DNA from: Omnitrophica WOR_2 bacterium RIFCSPHIGHO2_02_FULL_50_17
GTDB taxonomy: Bacteria; Omnitrophota; Gorgyraeia; Zapsychrales; Zapsychraceae
DNA length: 64,000 bases
Direction of reading: 5' to 3'
Assembly (NCBI GenBank): GCA_001805645.1
Contig: MHGQ01000049.1
Span: 66,216-130,215 of the forward strand
Under the pieces are notes generated by a model. The model saw nothing but the letters and a program-made list of their open reading frames with translations, searched no databases and was not told where the DNA came from. The translations under genes and the position numbers were made by a program. This document shows, piece by piece, positions 9,008 to 18,622 of this stretch; within the stretch, counting starts at the first letter, position 1, and every line of letters begins with the position of its first letter.

Positions 9008-11164
9008 TTAATTCCCTTCTGAGCTTTGAGAACCAGCCTTGCGTTTATTAAAACTTGTCCCAAAATCCAACATCATGTCGGGGAAGGCCTTCAGCGTAAA
9101 GACAATCCAGATCTCACTGCCCTCTCTTCTCGTTTCATTGAAATTGATATCCATGGTCCAATCATGCAGATCGCGCGTTACGGTGTATTGCTGCTCTTTA
9201 TGAATACCATTCTTTAAATCAAAACGGTTATACATTTTTACAGCCCATTTAGGATTGAACTTCCATGCCCAGTCCGTCGTGATTTGATCGTCCACCTCCC
9301 GGTTCCATCTCTTGCCGATATTGGCAGACCACTTCTTGCCGCCGTTAATAAAGAGATCGAAATTGGCAGTAGTCAGATAGTCTTTTCGCGTATCATAGAT
9401 TGAATCAAAATAGAACGTGACCCAGTCCTTCGGACGGAAATCAATATCTGTCGTGATCTGATCAAAACCGCCGGTGGTGGGGTGCTCTTTAAGCCGGAAA
9501 TCGGTGCCGATGACGGCGCGCAGCAATTCCACCACATTGCCTTCTCTTTTTGTCTGCAGTTTATTCTCGAAGGAAAAATTGATGGTATGGCTTAAATCTT
9601 TACTGTCAATGCCGTCAAAGGAATCTAATTGATCCGAGGGAAGGGTGGGGCCGTGATCGTAGGTGTAGGAAACCGCCGGGGTAATAATATGCCTGAGGCG
9701 GTGGACATCCAAGCCCCATTTCTCGACTTCCATATCAAAGACCCTGTAAAACTTCGTGCTGAGACTCGCCCCCGTGCGGAATATCCCGCGGATGGAATTG
9801 TATTCATCCGGATCCTTGGTTTTGCTGTAATAGGTATGCTCCCCGCCGACAAAAGGCCTCATCTCGATGAATCCGATTTTCAACGGATAGGACAGCTCAT
9901 TATCCGCATCCAGCCGCATGGTCTCGAAACGAACCTCGCTGGGAGAGGCGTCCTTTTTCGTCAAATTGGAATAGGTCGTGACATTCTTAAAATACAATCC
10001 CGTCTCGCCTATCGGCTGGCTCGAGAGGTCATAGCGCACCTCCGGCAGGCGCTCCACCGCCGACTCAAAGCGGTTCACACGGGCGTCGGTACGGAAATTA
10101 AACGTCCCCGCCGGCAAGACATGCGTCAAAAGGAAAAAGGTGTCCGGCGATGAGTCTTTGTCAAATTCCCGGTTAAAGTAATCCTTCAGAAGCGTTGAAT
10201 CGCTTAATTTATAATACTGCCAAATAGCGTTTGTCTTCTCGTCGATATCCCATTTGTGGCGCCATTCCACCTTAAACCGTTCCCGTTCAATCGTAGGGCT
10301 GGGACGTTCCTGATAGAAATGCTTGGAGGTAATACTGCGCTCGTTCATATAATAAGTCTTAATGACGCCTTCTCCCGCGGCAGGTGTCTGGTAGCGCGTA
10401 TCCCAGCCCCAGGCGATATCCTTCTTTTCCCTGGCATCCAAATGAAAAGTGCCTTTCACCTGCTCATTGAATTGATACCGCCACGCGCTCAGCAAAAACA
10501 TCCCCCACTGCTTGTCATAACCGGGCGTTAAAGTCACAATCGGCCTTTTACCGGTCAAATCCTGGGTAAAACGCGGGATATAAAGAACGGGCACTTTGCC
10601 TATTTTCATGCGGACATGGCGGGCAATCAATTTATCATTCGGATAAACATCCATCTTGCGGGAGACCAGACGGAAATGAGGACGGTCATGGTCGCATGTG
10701 GTCAGATAGCCGTTTTGCATAATGATATGGTTTTCGGAAACCTTAGAGACCTTTTCGCCCTCTCCATAATAAGGATTGGCAACAATCCCGGCCGGCTCAA
10801 AATCGCCGTTCATCGTCTCGAAATTAAAGGCCATCTTCTCGCCGTTTATTTCATCCACGCCTTTTTTCAGATGGACGTTGCCTTCGGCATAAGCCGTGCT
10901 GGTCCCGCGGGAGAATTCGACCCGGTCACAGGTCAAAATTACGTCCTTATAAAGGATAACCACATTGCCGCTGGCCGTGATTTTATTGCCGTCCACCGAA
11001 TATTCGACGACATCGCCGTTTAATTCGACAGAAGCACCCGGTGCGGATTTTGCCTCATCCGTCCCCTCATCCGCAAAGCCGACAAGGCACGCGCCCCCCA
11101 CCAGCGCCAGTATCAAGAGCGAAAAAAAGGCGGCTTTAACCATAGCCCATTTAGCGTCTAACAA
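9008..11164 (-). CDS. lptD: LPS-assembly outer membrane protein LptD (OstA family)
   Basis: Signal peptide, an OstA-like N-terminal domain (GNVVILYKDVILTCDRVEF...GNVHL) and a large beta-barrel region. Length is 718 aa. Confidence 0.75.
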   Translation of the reverse strand: MLDAKWAMVKAAFFSLLILALVGGACLVGFADEGTDEAKSAPGASVELNGDVVEYSVDGNKITASGNVVILYKDVILTCDRVEFSRGTSTAYAEGNVHLKKGVDEINGEKMAFNFETMNGDFEPAGIVANPYYGEGEKVSKVSENHIIMQNGYLTTCDHDRPHFRLVSRKMDVYPNDKLIARHVRMKIGKVPVLYIPRFTQDLTGKRPIVTLTPGYDKQWGMFLLSAWRYQFNEQVKGTFHLDAREKKDIAWGWDTRYQTPAAGEGVIKTYYMNERSITSKHFYQERPSPTIERERFKVEWRHKWDIDEKTNAIWQYYKLSDSTLLKDYFNREFDKDSSPDTFFLLTHVLPAGTFNFRTDARVNRFESAVERLPEVRYDLSSQPIGETGLYFKNVTTYSNLTKKDASPSEVRFETMRLDADNELSYPLKIGFIEMRPFVGGEHTYYSKTKDPDEYNSIRGIFRTGASLSTKFYRVFDMEVEKWGLDVHRLRHIITPAVSYTYDHGPTLPSDQLDSFDGIDSKDLSHTINFSFENKLQTKREGNVVELLRAVIGTDFRLKEHPTTGGFDQITTDIDFRPKDWVTFYFDSIYDTRKDYLTTANFDLFINGGKKWSANIGKRWNREVDDQITTDWAWKFNPKWAVKMYNRFDLKNGIHKEQQYTVTRDLHDWTMDINFNETRREGSEIWIVFTLKAFPDMMLDFGTSFNKRKAGSQSSEGN

Positions 11165-12083
11165 TTGATTCCCTCACCAAAACGTAGGCCCCGATAATCC
11201 CCGCCTCATCCCACAGCCGGGCGCGCACGATTCTGACCATATTCTTCTGAACCTTCATCGCCCGCTGCCGGATGACCTTATGAATTGTCTCTTTCATAAA
11301 ACGGTAATTGGAGGACACCCCTCCACCGATAATGACAAGCCGGGGGTTAAGAAGATTAATGATGCCCACGAGAGCATTTCCGATATGCGCGGCAGTCTCC
11401 TGCCAAAAGCGGATAGCACTGCTATTCCCCTGTCTGGCCAGATGAAAAATGTCTTCGAGGCGGATATTCTTATTCCTGAAAATTTTGACCGCCCTGGCCA
11501 GAAGATAATGGTTGCCGACGTAACGCTCAAAACACCCCAAACCGCCGCAGTTGCAGACGGGCCCTTTTTCGTTAAGAGGGATATGCCCTATTTCCCCTGC
11601 CGCAGAACCCTCGCCGCGGTAAAGCGCGTTATTCAAGACAAGCCCGCCGCCCACCCCGGTGCCCAACGTCATACAGATAAGATTCTTATATTCCTTTCCC
11701 GCTCCAAACTTCCATTCACCCAAGGTAATAAGATTGACATCGTTATCGATAAAGACAGGGACATGCAGCCTTTTTTGAAGGATGGTTTTAAGCGGAACGT
11801 TTTGCCATCCGCGGATATTGGGCATAAAAATAACAACGCCGCGTTGAAAATCCACAAGCCCCGGCAGGCCTATTCCTACGCCAAGAATATCCTTTCGGGC
11901 TATTTTATTCTCTTGCGCTAATTTCTGGATAGCGTGAACCAGGCCGTCTATTAGCTTCGCCCTGCTATGGTTATAACCCTTTGTCGATAAATTGGTTTTG
12001 GCCAAGATTCGGCCAGAGGGGCCGACCAGTCCAAGCTTAATATTCGTTCCTCCGACATCAACCCCAATAATATATTTTGCCAT
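11151..12083 (-). CDS. ROK-family sugar kinase (glucokinase-like)
   Basis: IGVDVGGTNIKLGLV and the CNCGGLGCFE zinc motif of ROK kinases. Confidence 0.8.
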   Translation of the reverse strand: MAKYIIGVDVGGTNIKLGLVGPSGRILAKTNLSTKGYNHSRAKLIDGLVHAIQKLAQENKIARKDILGVGIGLPGLVDFQRGVVIFMPNIRGWQNVPLKTILQKRLHVPVFIDNDVNLITLGEWKFGAGKEYKNLICMTLGTGVGGGLVLNNALYRGEGSAAGEIGHIPLNEKGPVCNCGGLGCFERYVGNHYLLARAVKIFRNKNIRLEDIFHLARQGNSSAIRFWQETAAHIGNALVGIINLLNPRLVIIGGGVSSNYRFMKETIHKVIRQRAMKVQKNMVRIVRARLWDEAGIIGAYVLVRESIVRR

Positions 12084-12213
12084 AATTGGTAAAAAGGAAA
12101 ATAGAATATTTAATAATATTTTAATAGTAAGGAAGGTATTTTACACGATTATATCCAATGATTCAAGCCGAATTGAGAAAAATCCGTATGAAATCCCAAG
12201 CCTTAAAGATATC

Positions 12214-13233
12214 CTACCCGCGATAGACGCCAAAGGCGCAGACCCGGTTTCTCCCCTCCTTTTTAGCCCTGTAAAGTGCCCAGTCGGACTTATCAATCAA
12301 TTCCTCCATATGCAGCCCATCCTCTGGATATGTCGAAACGCCGATACTAAGCGTAACCTTGACCTGTGTATCATAGGCCTTGACCAATGCGCCTTCAGCC
12401 GCCTGACGGATACGCTCCGCAACGAAACGCGCCCCTTCCCTGTCCGTATCGGGTAGGATCACGCAGAATTCCTCACCACCATAACGGCCGGCCACATCTA
12501 TCTCGCGGATATTCTCTCTAATAAGACGCCCCACTTCCCTCAAAATCTGGTCCCCTGTCAGATGACCGTATGTATCGTTAAAATCCTTGAAAAAATCCGC
12601 GTCGATCATAAGAAACGACAAAGGGCTGCCGCGCATCTTGGAGCGCCGGATCTCCTCCTGGAGGCGCCCCAGCGCATAACGCCGCGTGTAGATCTCGGTC
12701 AGACTGTCGGTAATCGCGATGCGTTCTATCTCCTGATATAATTTGACCCGCCGAAAGGCCAGGGCGAACTGGTTTCCCAAGATCATAAACTTCTCCCTGT
12801 TTGCCTCGGCGAGCCCTTTGATGACCAGGTAACCCGTCTTTTTCTTCTCGCCCTGAAGGACAAATACGAAATAGTCTTCGGACTTCTTGTAATCTTTGAT
12901 CTCATGAGAAAGGGGATGAACCAACAAACACTCCTCAAATGTCCCATGACGGCTCAATGTATTCTTAAAAATCTCGAAGGCCTCCTGTTCGCTGAGGCTC
13001 TTGGTGATATCCTTCGTAAGCTCATATAAAGTAAAAATCTCAAGCGTTTCGTTCTCCAGGCGCATCTTCTCCAAAAACAGCGATTCCTTCTTATTAGCTA
13101 ACTTTTGCGAATGGACGCTTTCCTCAAACACCTTTTCCTGCGCCCTCAACTCCTGCTCCACGGATACCTTGCGGGCACAATACATAACAAGCCCCGCATA
13201 AGCCATAACGATAATGGAAGATATCACTATCAT
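12214..13233 (-). CDS. Membrane-anchored diguanylate cyclase (GGDEF)
   Basis: N-terminal TM helix, coiled-coil sensor region, and GGDEF domain with RYGGEEF. Confidence 0.85.
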   Translation of the reverse strand: MIVISSIIVMAYAGLVMYCARKVSVEQELRAQEKVFEESVHSQKLANKKESLFLEKMRLENETLEIFTLYELTKDITKSLSEQEAFEIFKNTLSRHGTFEECLLVHPLSHEIKDYKKSEDYFVFVLQGEKKKTGYLVIKGLAEANREKFMILGNQFALAFRRVKLYQEIERIAITDSLTEIYTRRYALGRLQEEIRRSKMRGSPLSFLMIDADFFKDFNDTYGHLTGDQILREVGRLIRENIREIDVAGRYGGEEFCVILPDTDREGARFVAERIRQAAEGALVKAYDTQVKVTLSIGVSTYPEDGLHMEELIDKSDWALYRAKKEGRNRVCAFGVYRG

Positions 13234-13246
13234 GGGTTACCCATCC

Positions 13247-14542
13247 TTAAGCCGCGCACACCCGGTTGCGTCCCTCAGCCTTGGCGCCATAAAGGGCCAG
13301 ATCCGCTTGATGAATCAGCTCTTTGGGGTTGGCGGCATCTTCCGGACAAGAGGCCACCCCAATAGAGACGGTAATCCGCGTTCTTTCCCGCCGCAAAATA
13401 ATAGTCTGCTCGGCGATTTTTTTTCTTATCTGCTCGGCTAATTCCCGTGCTTCCTGTTTGGAAGAGTCCGGAAGAAGAACCGAGAATTCCTCGCCCCCAT
13501 AACGGCAGATCAGACTGCCGGGCTGAGGGAAAAAATCCGCCAGGAGCATCCCGACGGTGCGCAGGACAATATCCCCGGCGGTATGCCCGAATTTATCGTT
13601 ATACTGTTTAAAATTATCCAAATCCAGCATTAAAAAGGAAAGCCGGCCTCCTTGCCGCAGCTGACGGCTGATCTCCTCCGGCATGCGCTCCAAAAGGTGT
13701 CGTCTCAGATATAAGCCGGTCAGGCTGTCTTTGATGGCGAGCTGCTCCAGGCGTTCGTACAACTGGGCGTTTTCGATGGCGACCGCGCCCAAATCGCCGA
13801 TGGTCGTCAGAAACCGCAGATCCTCCGTCGTCAAATCACCCTCCCGGGGGCTGTCAACACGCAAAATCCCCAAGGCCTTATGCCCGACCACCAAGGGGGC
13901 GCCTATCAGAGAACGGACAGGCCTGAATTCCTCCGTCGGCATCTTATCCGTGTCAAAACGATAATCGCTTTTTGTATCTTCAATCAGCAAAGGCTGCATG
14001 CTCTTGACTACCCACTGATCAAAGAGATCCCCTTTTTTGGATTTGAGATTGACCCGCATCTCTCCCTTATGAGAGGCGGAAATCCCCAAATCCCCTGTCT
14101 TGGAATGAAAAAGATAAAGGATGACCGTCCTTTCGTGATCGCCGAAAAGTCTGTTGACTTCCTCGGAAAGCGTTTTGGACGTCTCTTCCAAAGACAGGCA
14201 CACCCCAATCCTCTCGGTCAGCCCCTTCAGGCGGGCATAATTGACGATTTTTTTCTCGAATGATGCGATCGCCTTTTTTTCTATTTGGACCTCGGCTTCA
14301 ATAAGATTGCGCCGTTCTTCCAAGTTCTGAATCTGCAGGTTAATCTCGGACTGTTTGACATTCAGGCGCGCACGCAGAAAAAATAAATCAAGGAGGATGA
14401 TTAATAGTCCCAGGGAAAGAAAAACAAAAAAGGCGGGATTCACAAAAACGGCATAGACAAAAAAGCCGGTGAGAAAAACAAACAGGACAGCGGCGAGAAG
14501 AAAATCAGAACTATATGATTGTTTTTTCGGTTTCTCGGTCAA
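13247..14542 (-). CDS. Diguanylate cyclase with two TM helices and a GAF-like sensor (GGDEF)
   Basis: Two N-terminal TM segments, a coiled coil, a GAF-like domain, and a GGDEF domain with RYGGEEF. Confidence 0.85.
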   Translation of the reverse strand: MTEKPKKQSYSSDFLLAAVLFVFLTGFFVYAVFVNPAFFVFLSLGLLIILLDLFFLRARLNVKQSEINLQIQNLEERRNLIEAEVQIEKKAIASFEKKIVNYARLKGLTERIGVCLSLEETSKTLSEEVNRLFGDHERTVILYLFHSKTGDLGISASHKGEMRVNLKSKKGDLFDQWVVKSMQPLLIEDTKSDYRFDTDKMPTEEFRPVRSLIGAPLVVGHKALGILRVDSPREGDLTTEDLRFLTTIGDLGAVAIENAQLYERLEQLAIKDSLTGLYLRRHLLERMPEEISRQLRQGGRLSFLMLDLDNFKQYNDKFGHTAGDIVLRTVGMLLADFFPQPGSLICRYGGEEFSVLLPDSSKQEARELAEQIRKKIAEQTIILRRERTRITVSIGVASCPEDAANPKELIHQADLALYGAKAEGRNRVCAA

Positions 14543-15614
14543 AGAAGTGCACCTTGCTCATATCGAACACGAGATCCATATCCCGATTGACTTCCGGTCT
14601 GTTATGAGCTCCAACGCGTGCAATGAATGTGTGTCTACCCGAATTTAGATACAAGTAGACCTCCGAACCGAGCGGTTCAACGACCTCACAGGCGGCACGG
14701 ATGGTATTGTCCGCAGAGGCCTCCGAGACGAATAATTTGTCATAAATATCTTCCGCACGGATACCGAAAATGATTTCCTTGCCCTCATAAGGCCCCATGA
14801 CCTTATACATATCTTCGACAAGTTTTACCTGAAGCTTCCCTTCCTCGAAATAGTATTTTCGCTCTTTTTTGATAATACGCCCCTGCATCAAGTTGATGGG
14901 CGGCGAACCTATGAAACTGGCGACAAACTTATTAGCGGGCTTGTCATAAATCGTTATCGGATCCGCACACTGCTGCACCTTGCCGTCTTTCATCACCGCA
15001 ATGCGGTCCCCCAGCGTCATGGCCTCTGTCTGGTCGTGCGTGACATAAACAAACGTCGTCTGGAGTCTTAACCGTAACTTGTGGATCTCGGTGCGCATCT
15101 GGACGCGCAATTTGGCATCCAGATTGCTTAAAGGTTCATCGAACAAAAAAGCCTGGGGCTTGCGGACAATCGCCCGGCCCAGGGCCACACGCTGACGCTC
15201 CCCGCCCGAAAGCTGCCGGGGCCGTCTCTCCAGCAAGGGCTTGATGCCTAAAATTTCGGTCGCCTCCTGCACCCGGCGGACAATCTCATGCTTGGGGTAT
15301 CTGCGCAGCCTCAACCCAAAAGACATATTTTCAAAAACCGTCATGTGGGGATAAAGGGCGTAGTTCTGAAAGACCATCGCGATGTCCCTGTCTTTGGCAG
15401 GGACATCATTGACCAGGCGGTCCGCGATCCAGATTTTCCCATCCGTAATCTCTTCCAGTCCGGCAATCATGCGCAATGTCGTCGACTTCCCGCATCCGGA
15501 AGGCCCCACCAGCACCATGAATTCCTTGTTTTCGATACCTAAATTGACATCGTCGACGGCTTTGACGCCGCCTTTATAAACCTTTGTCACATTCCTGACG
15601 CTGATTTGAGCCAT
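14511..15614 (-). CDS. ABC transporter ATP-binding protein, MalK/UgpC/MsiK type (sugar import)
   Basis: Walker A GPSGCGKST, the LSGGERQRVALGRA signature, and a C-terminal TOBE-like regulatory domain. There is no cognate permease nearby. Confidence 0.85.
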   Translation of the reverse strand: MAQISVRNVTKVYKGGVKAVDDVNLGIENKEFMVLVGPSGCGKSTTLRMIAGLEEITDGKIWIADRLVNDVPAKDRDIAMVFQNYALYPHMTVFENMSFGLRLRRYPKHEIVRRVQEATEILGIKPLLERRPRQLSGGERQRVALGRAIVRKPQAFLFDEPLSNLDAKLRVQMRTEIHKLRLRLQTTFVYVTHDQTEAMTLGDRIAVMKDGKVQQCADPITIYDKPANKFVASFIGSPPINLMQGRIIKKERKYYFEEGKLQVKLVEDMYKVMGPYEGKEIIFGIRAEDIYDKLFVSEASADNTIRAACEVVEPLGSEVYLYLNSGRHTFIARVGAHNRPEVNRDMDLVFDMSKVHFFDRETEKTII

Positions 15615-15664
15615 TTTGAAATAGTGAATAGTTTACGGGGAATGGTTAATGGTTTTCATTCTAT

Positions 15665-15700
15665 AGAAGAACACCCCCAAATGCAACGAATTTGTTGGGG
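15665..15700 (-). terminator. Possible rho-independent terminator downstream of accD
   Basis: Imperfect hairpin cccccaaat...atttgttgggg, followed on the minus RNA by U-rich UGUUCUUCUAU. Confidence 0.3.
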
Positions 15701-15724
15701 CTGGCCGTGGCTGTCACGCCTTTT

Positions 15725-16570
15725 TTATTCCCTCCGCGTATATTCCAGGATTTGGCCGATGACATCGCGGCTTTGTTTGCGCTCGACAATCATATCAATG
15801 AGGCCGTGAGCCAGGAGGAATTCAGATCGCTGAAACCCTTCCGGGAGCTTCTGGCGGATCGTCTGTTCAATCACCCGCGGCCCTGTAAATCCGATCAGTG
15901 CCTTGGGTTCTGCAAGGATCACATCACCGATGCCGGCAAAAGAGGCCATAATGCCGGCCATGGTCGGGTTTGTCAAAAAAGATATGTAAAGGAGCCCTGC
16001 CTGATGATGCCGTGACAGGGCGGCACAGGTCTTGGCCATCTGCATGAGGGAATAGGCGCCCTCGTACATCCTGGCACCGCCCCCTGACCCCGAAATAATA
16101 ATCGCAGGCAAACGGTTTTGTGTGGCCGACTCCACAAGCCGCGTAATCTTCTCCCCCACCACGGCCCCCATAGACCCCATGATAAACCGGGAATCTGTCA
16201 CAGCCACAGCTATGGGTTTGCCTTTCAGCTTTGCCGTTCCCGTAATAACCGCATCCTTCAATCCTGTGGCCTGCTGATCAGCCTCGAGCTTTTCCTTGTA
16301 TGTCTTGGGCCCCTTAAATTCCAGAGGGTCAAGGGACGACAGGCGGGCATCGGTCTCTTCAAATGTCCCTTCATCCGCAAAACAATCGATTCTCTGACGG
16401 GCGGAGATAGAAAAATGATAACCGCATTTGGGGCAGACATAGAGATTATTCCCCAGCTCTTTTCGGTATGTCGGCGCTTCGCACTCGGGGCACTTTGTCC
16501 ATAGCCCGACGGGGATATCTTTCTTCTTAACCGTCACGAGGGTGTAATTTTTTCGTCCGAATAAAGCCAT
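15725..16570 (-). CDS. accD: Acetyl-CoA carboxylase carboxyltransferase beta subunit
   Basis: N-terminal zinc ribbon CPECEAPTYRKEL...CPKCGYHF and the carboxyltransferase domain. Confidence 0.9.
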   Translation of the reverse strand: MALFGRKNYTLVTVKKKDIPVGLWTKCPECEAPTYRKELGNNLYVCPKCGYHFSISARQRIDCFADEGTFEETDARLSSLDPLEFKGPKTYKEKLEADQQATGLKDAVITGTAKLKGKPIAVAVTDSRFIMGSMGAVVGEKITRLVESATQNRLPAIIISGSGGGARMYEGAYSLMQMAKTCAALSRHHQAGLLYISFLTNPTMAGIMASFAGIGDVILAEPKALIGFTGPRVIEQTIRQKLPEGFQRSEFLLAHGLIDMIVERKQSRDVIGQILEYTRRE

Positions 16571-16611
16571 AATCTAGGGTGCAGGGTTCAGGGTATAGGG
16601 GTTACCCTGTA

Positions 16612-17880
16612 TTATTCCATCTTATAAACCGTCAGGCCGGATAAAACCTTCGGATAGAAATATGTTGTCTTGGGCGGCATTTTCTCTCCGTTCAGGGCTA
16701 TGGCTTTCAGTTGAGAGATCTTGACAGGATTCATAATAAAACCCGCATCGGCCTGTGCGGCATCCACTTGACTGAGGACATCCGGGTAGTCTTTGGTATA
16801 AATGATATCCTCCGACTTTATCCCCATCCGGTCAAAAACAAAATACCTTAAGATCGTCGCATCCAAATGCTTATAGTCCCGTGACCCCTCATGGATATAC
16901 TGATCCACAAGCAGTTTATTTTTCAGCCGCAGGAGTTTCACCCCCTCTCTGGTATAAAGGCCGAAGGCGTGCTCGTTTTGCCCAGCCCGCGCCAAGGGGA
17001 CCAACAATTCGTCGCGGTGGCGTATTCTGTCGATGCGGAAAAATTCCTCAAGCAGACTAAAGTTTAGAGGGAAATGTTTGACGATCCGGTGCATCGGGAA
17101 AATCTGCAGATCCTTCGAATCGATATTCGTAAAGTAGGTCATAACATAATTAAACGGCTCTTCGCCGGTGGGCTTCTGCGTCATCTGCGCCAGCCGGCTA
17201 CGGCGCAGTTCCTGGGCCACCCTGTAACGATGATGCCCGTCCGCGATAAAAAGGTGCTGGTCTACCATAGATTCGTTGATCTCGTTAATCAAATCCATTT
17301 CGTCCAGGCGCCACAATTTATGTCCCGCCCCGTTATTATCTACGATATCCGCCGCTGGTTTCTGCGCCAAAATTTTTTTATTGAAAATCTTCTCAATCTT
17401 CTTTTGCCGATCGGAATAGCAGACGAAAATACAGCTTAAGTTCGCATTCAGGCTGCTCCAAAGCGTGAGCCGGTCCTCAACCGCATAGTCATGGGTATTC
17501 TCATGGGGCTTAACCCTGGAATCCGCCCCATCCTGCAATCCCATGAGGGAGATAAACCCCAGACGGCTGTATTTCTGCCCCTGGGATTTATACTCCTGCT
17601 TGCAGAAATAAATGGCCTCTTTCCCATCTTGGACCAGAATGCCGCTGTTCAGCCAATCCTGGTATATCTTTTTCGCCCGCGTATATTTATTGTTTGTCTT
17701 ATCATCCCCTGGCCTCTCTTTCCCGAGGAGGATATGTATAAAATTATACGGGCTAAGCTCATGCAGATGATCCTGCTCCTCTGGAGAAATCACATCGTAA
17801 GGCGGGCACACGACCTGCCTAAAATCCTTAATCTTTTCTGGATTGTAATGGACAGCCCTAAACGGCTTAATGCTCAGCAT
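16612..17880 (-). CDS. DUF1015 domain protein
   Basis: N-terminal MLSIKPFRAVHYNPEK...VVCPPYDVIS resembles the DUF1015 signature as I recall it. Length is 422 aa. Confidence 0.6.
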   Translation of the reverse strand: MLSIKPFRAVHYNPEKIKDFRQVVCPPYDVISPEEQDHLHELSPYNFIHILLGKERPGDDKTNNKYTRAKKIYQDWLNSGILVQDGKEAIYFCKQEYKSQGQKYSRLGFISLMGLQDGADSRVKPHENTHDYAVEDRLTLWSSLNANLSCIFVCYSDRQKKIEKIFNKKILAQKPAADIVDNNGAGHKLWRLDEMDLINEINESMVDQHLFIADGHHRYRVAQELRRSRLAQMTQKPTGEEPFNYVMTYFTNIDSKDLQIFPMHRIVKHFPLNFSLLEEFFRIDRIRHRDELLVPLARAGQNEHAFGLYTREGVKLLRLKNKLLVDQYIHEGSRDYKHLDATILRYFVFDRMGIKSEDIIYTKDYPDVLSQVDAAQADAGFIMNPVKISQLKAIALNGEKMPPKTTYFYPKVLSGLTVYKME

Positions 17881-17886
17881 GAACTT

Positions 17887-18354
17887 TCACCTTGAGAGCG
17901 TGTTTTGTGTCTTTTTCATCAGAAAAAAGTAGATATATGCCCCTACCCATCCGCCCAGCGTATCAGCCAAAACATCCCATGGGCTTACGTTTCTTCCCGG
18001 CACAAAGGATTGATGGTATTCATCACTTATCCCATAGAGGAGGGCGCAGAATGCCACCGCCATTGAAACCCCTCTCTCCGAAAAAACCCGTCCGGCTTTG
18101 AGCGGCGGGGAGCCTTGGCCAGTCCCGAATCCGCTTAAAAAAGCCCTTGTTAACAAAAAGCCAAAAGGAGAATATATCAAAAGATGCAAAATTTTGTCGA
18201 AGTAATCATCCCCCAAAGGGGTTTGGACATCGGGAATCGAAGAAACAAGGAAGATAATACCAGAATAAAGGATGACGGGAAACCAAAATTTAATAAATTT
18301 TGGCCCCTTCTCCCCTCTTCCGGCCATTAAGAGGCGCACTTGCACTCCGCGCAA
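17887..18354 (-). CDS. VanZ-like family membrane protein
   Basis: Multi-TM protein with the GISDEYHQSFVPGR motif characteristic of VanZ. The probable start is the internal MAGRGE. Confidence 0.65.
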   Translation of the reverse strand: MRGVQVRLLMAGRGEKGPKFIKFWFPVILYSGIIFLVSSIPDVQTPLGDDYFDKILHLLIYSPFGFLLTRAFLSGFGTGQGSPPLKAGRVFSERGVSMAVAFCALLYGISDEYHQSFVPGRNVSPWDVLADTLGGWVGAYIYFFLMKKTQNTLSR

Positions 18355-18608
18355 CAGCCTTTGGATTCAGGCAGACTTCCCTTGGGGGATGCCGCAACCG
18401 GGGCGTCTTTTTCAGACGGCTGCTTTCTCTTATAATCGGTCTCATAAAATCCGCTTCCTTTAAAAATAATCCCGCCACCGGCGCCTATCAGACGATGGAG
18501 CTTGAACTTCCCGCACCGGGGGCACTTCCTCAGCTTGCCCTCTGTCATGGATTGAAAGGTCTCAAAGGCATGGCCGCAGGCGGAACACTCGTATTGGTAT
18601 GTCGGCAT
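18327..18608 (-). CDS. FmdB-family zinc-ribbon protein
   Basis: MPTYQYECSACGHAFE...CPRCG is the FmdB CxxC...CxxC pattern. There is an extra C-terminal Cys cluster, GCCAECKC. Confidence 0.7.
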   Translation of the reverse strand: MPTYQYECSACGHAFETFQSMTEGKLRKCPRCGKFKLHRLIGAGGGIIFKGSGFYETDYKRKQPSEKDAPVAASPKGSLPESKGCCAECKCAS

Positions 18609-18622
18609 AATTTGTCTCCTTT

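Noticed and set aside
9629-11023. Plus-strand ORFs of 174 and 135 aa antisense within lptD
   Set aside because: These are shadow frames inside a well-supported lptD coding region.
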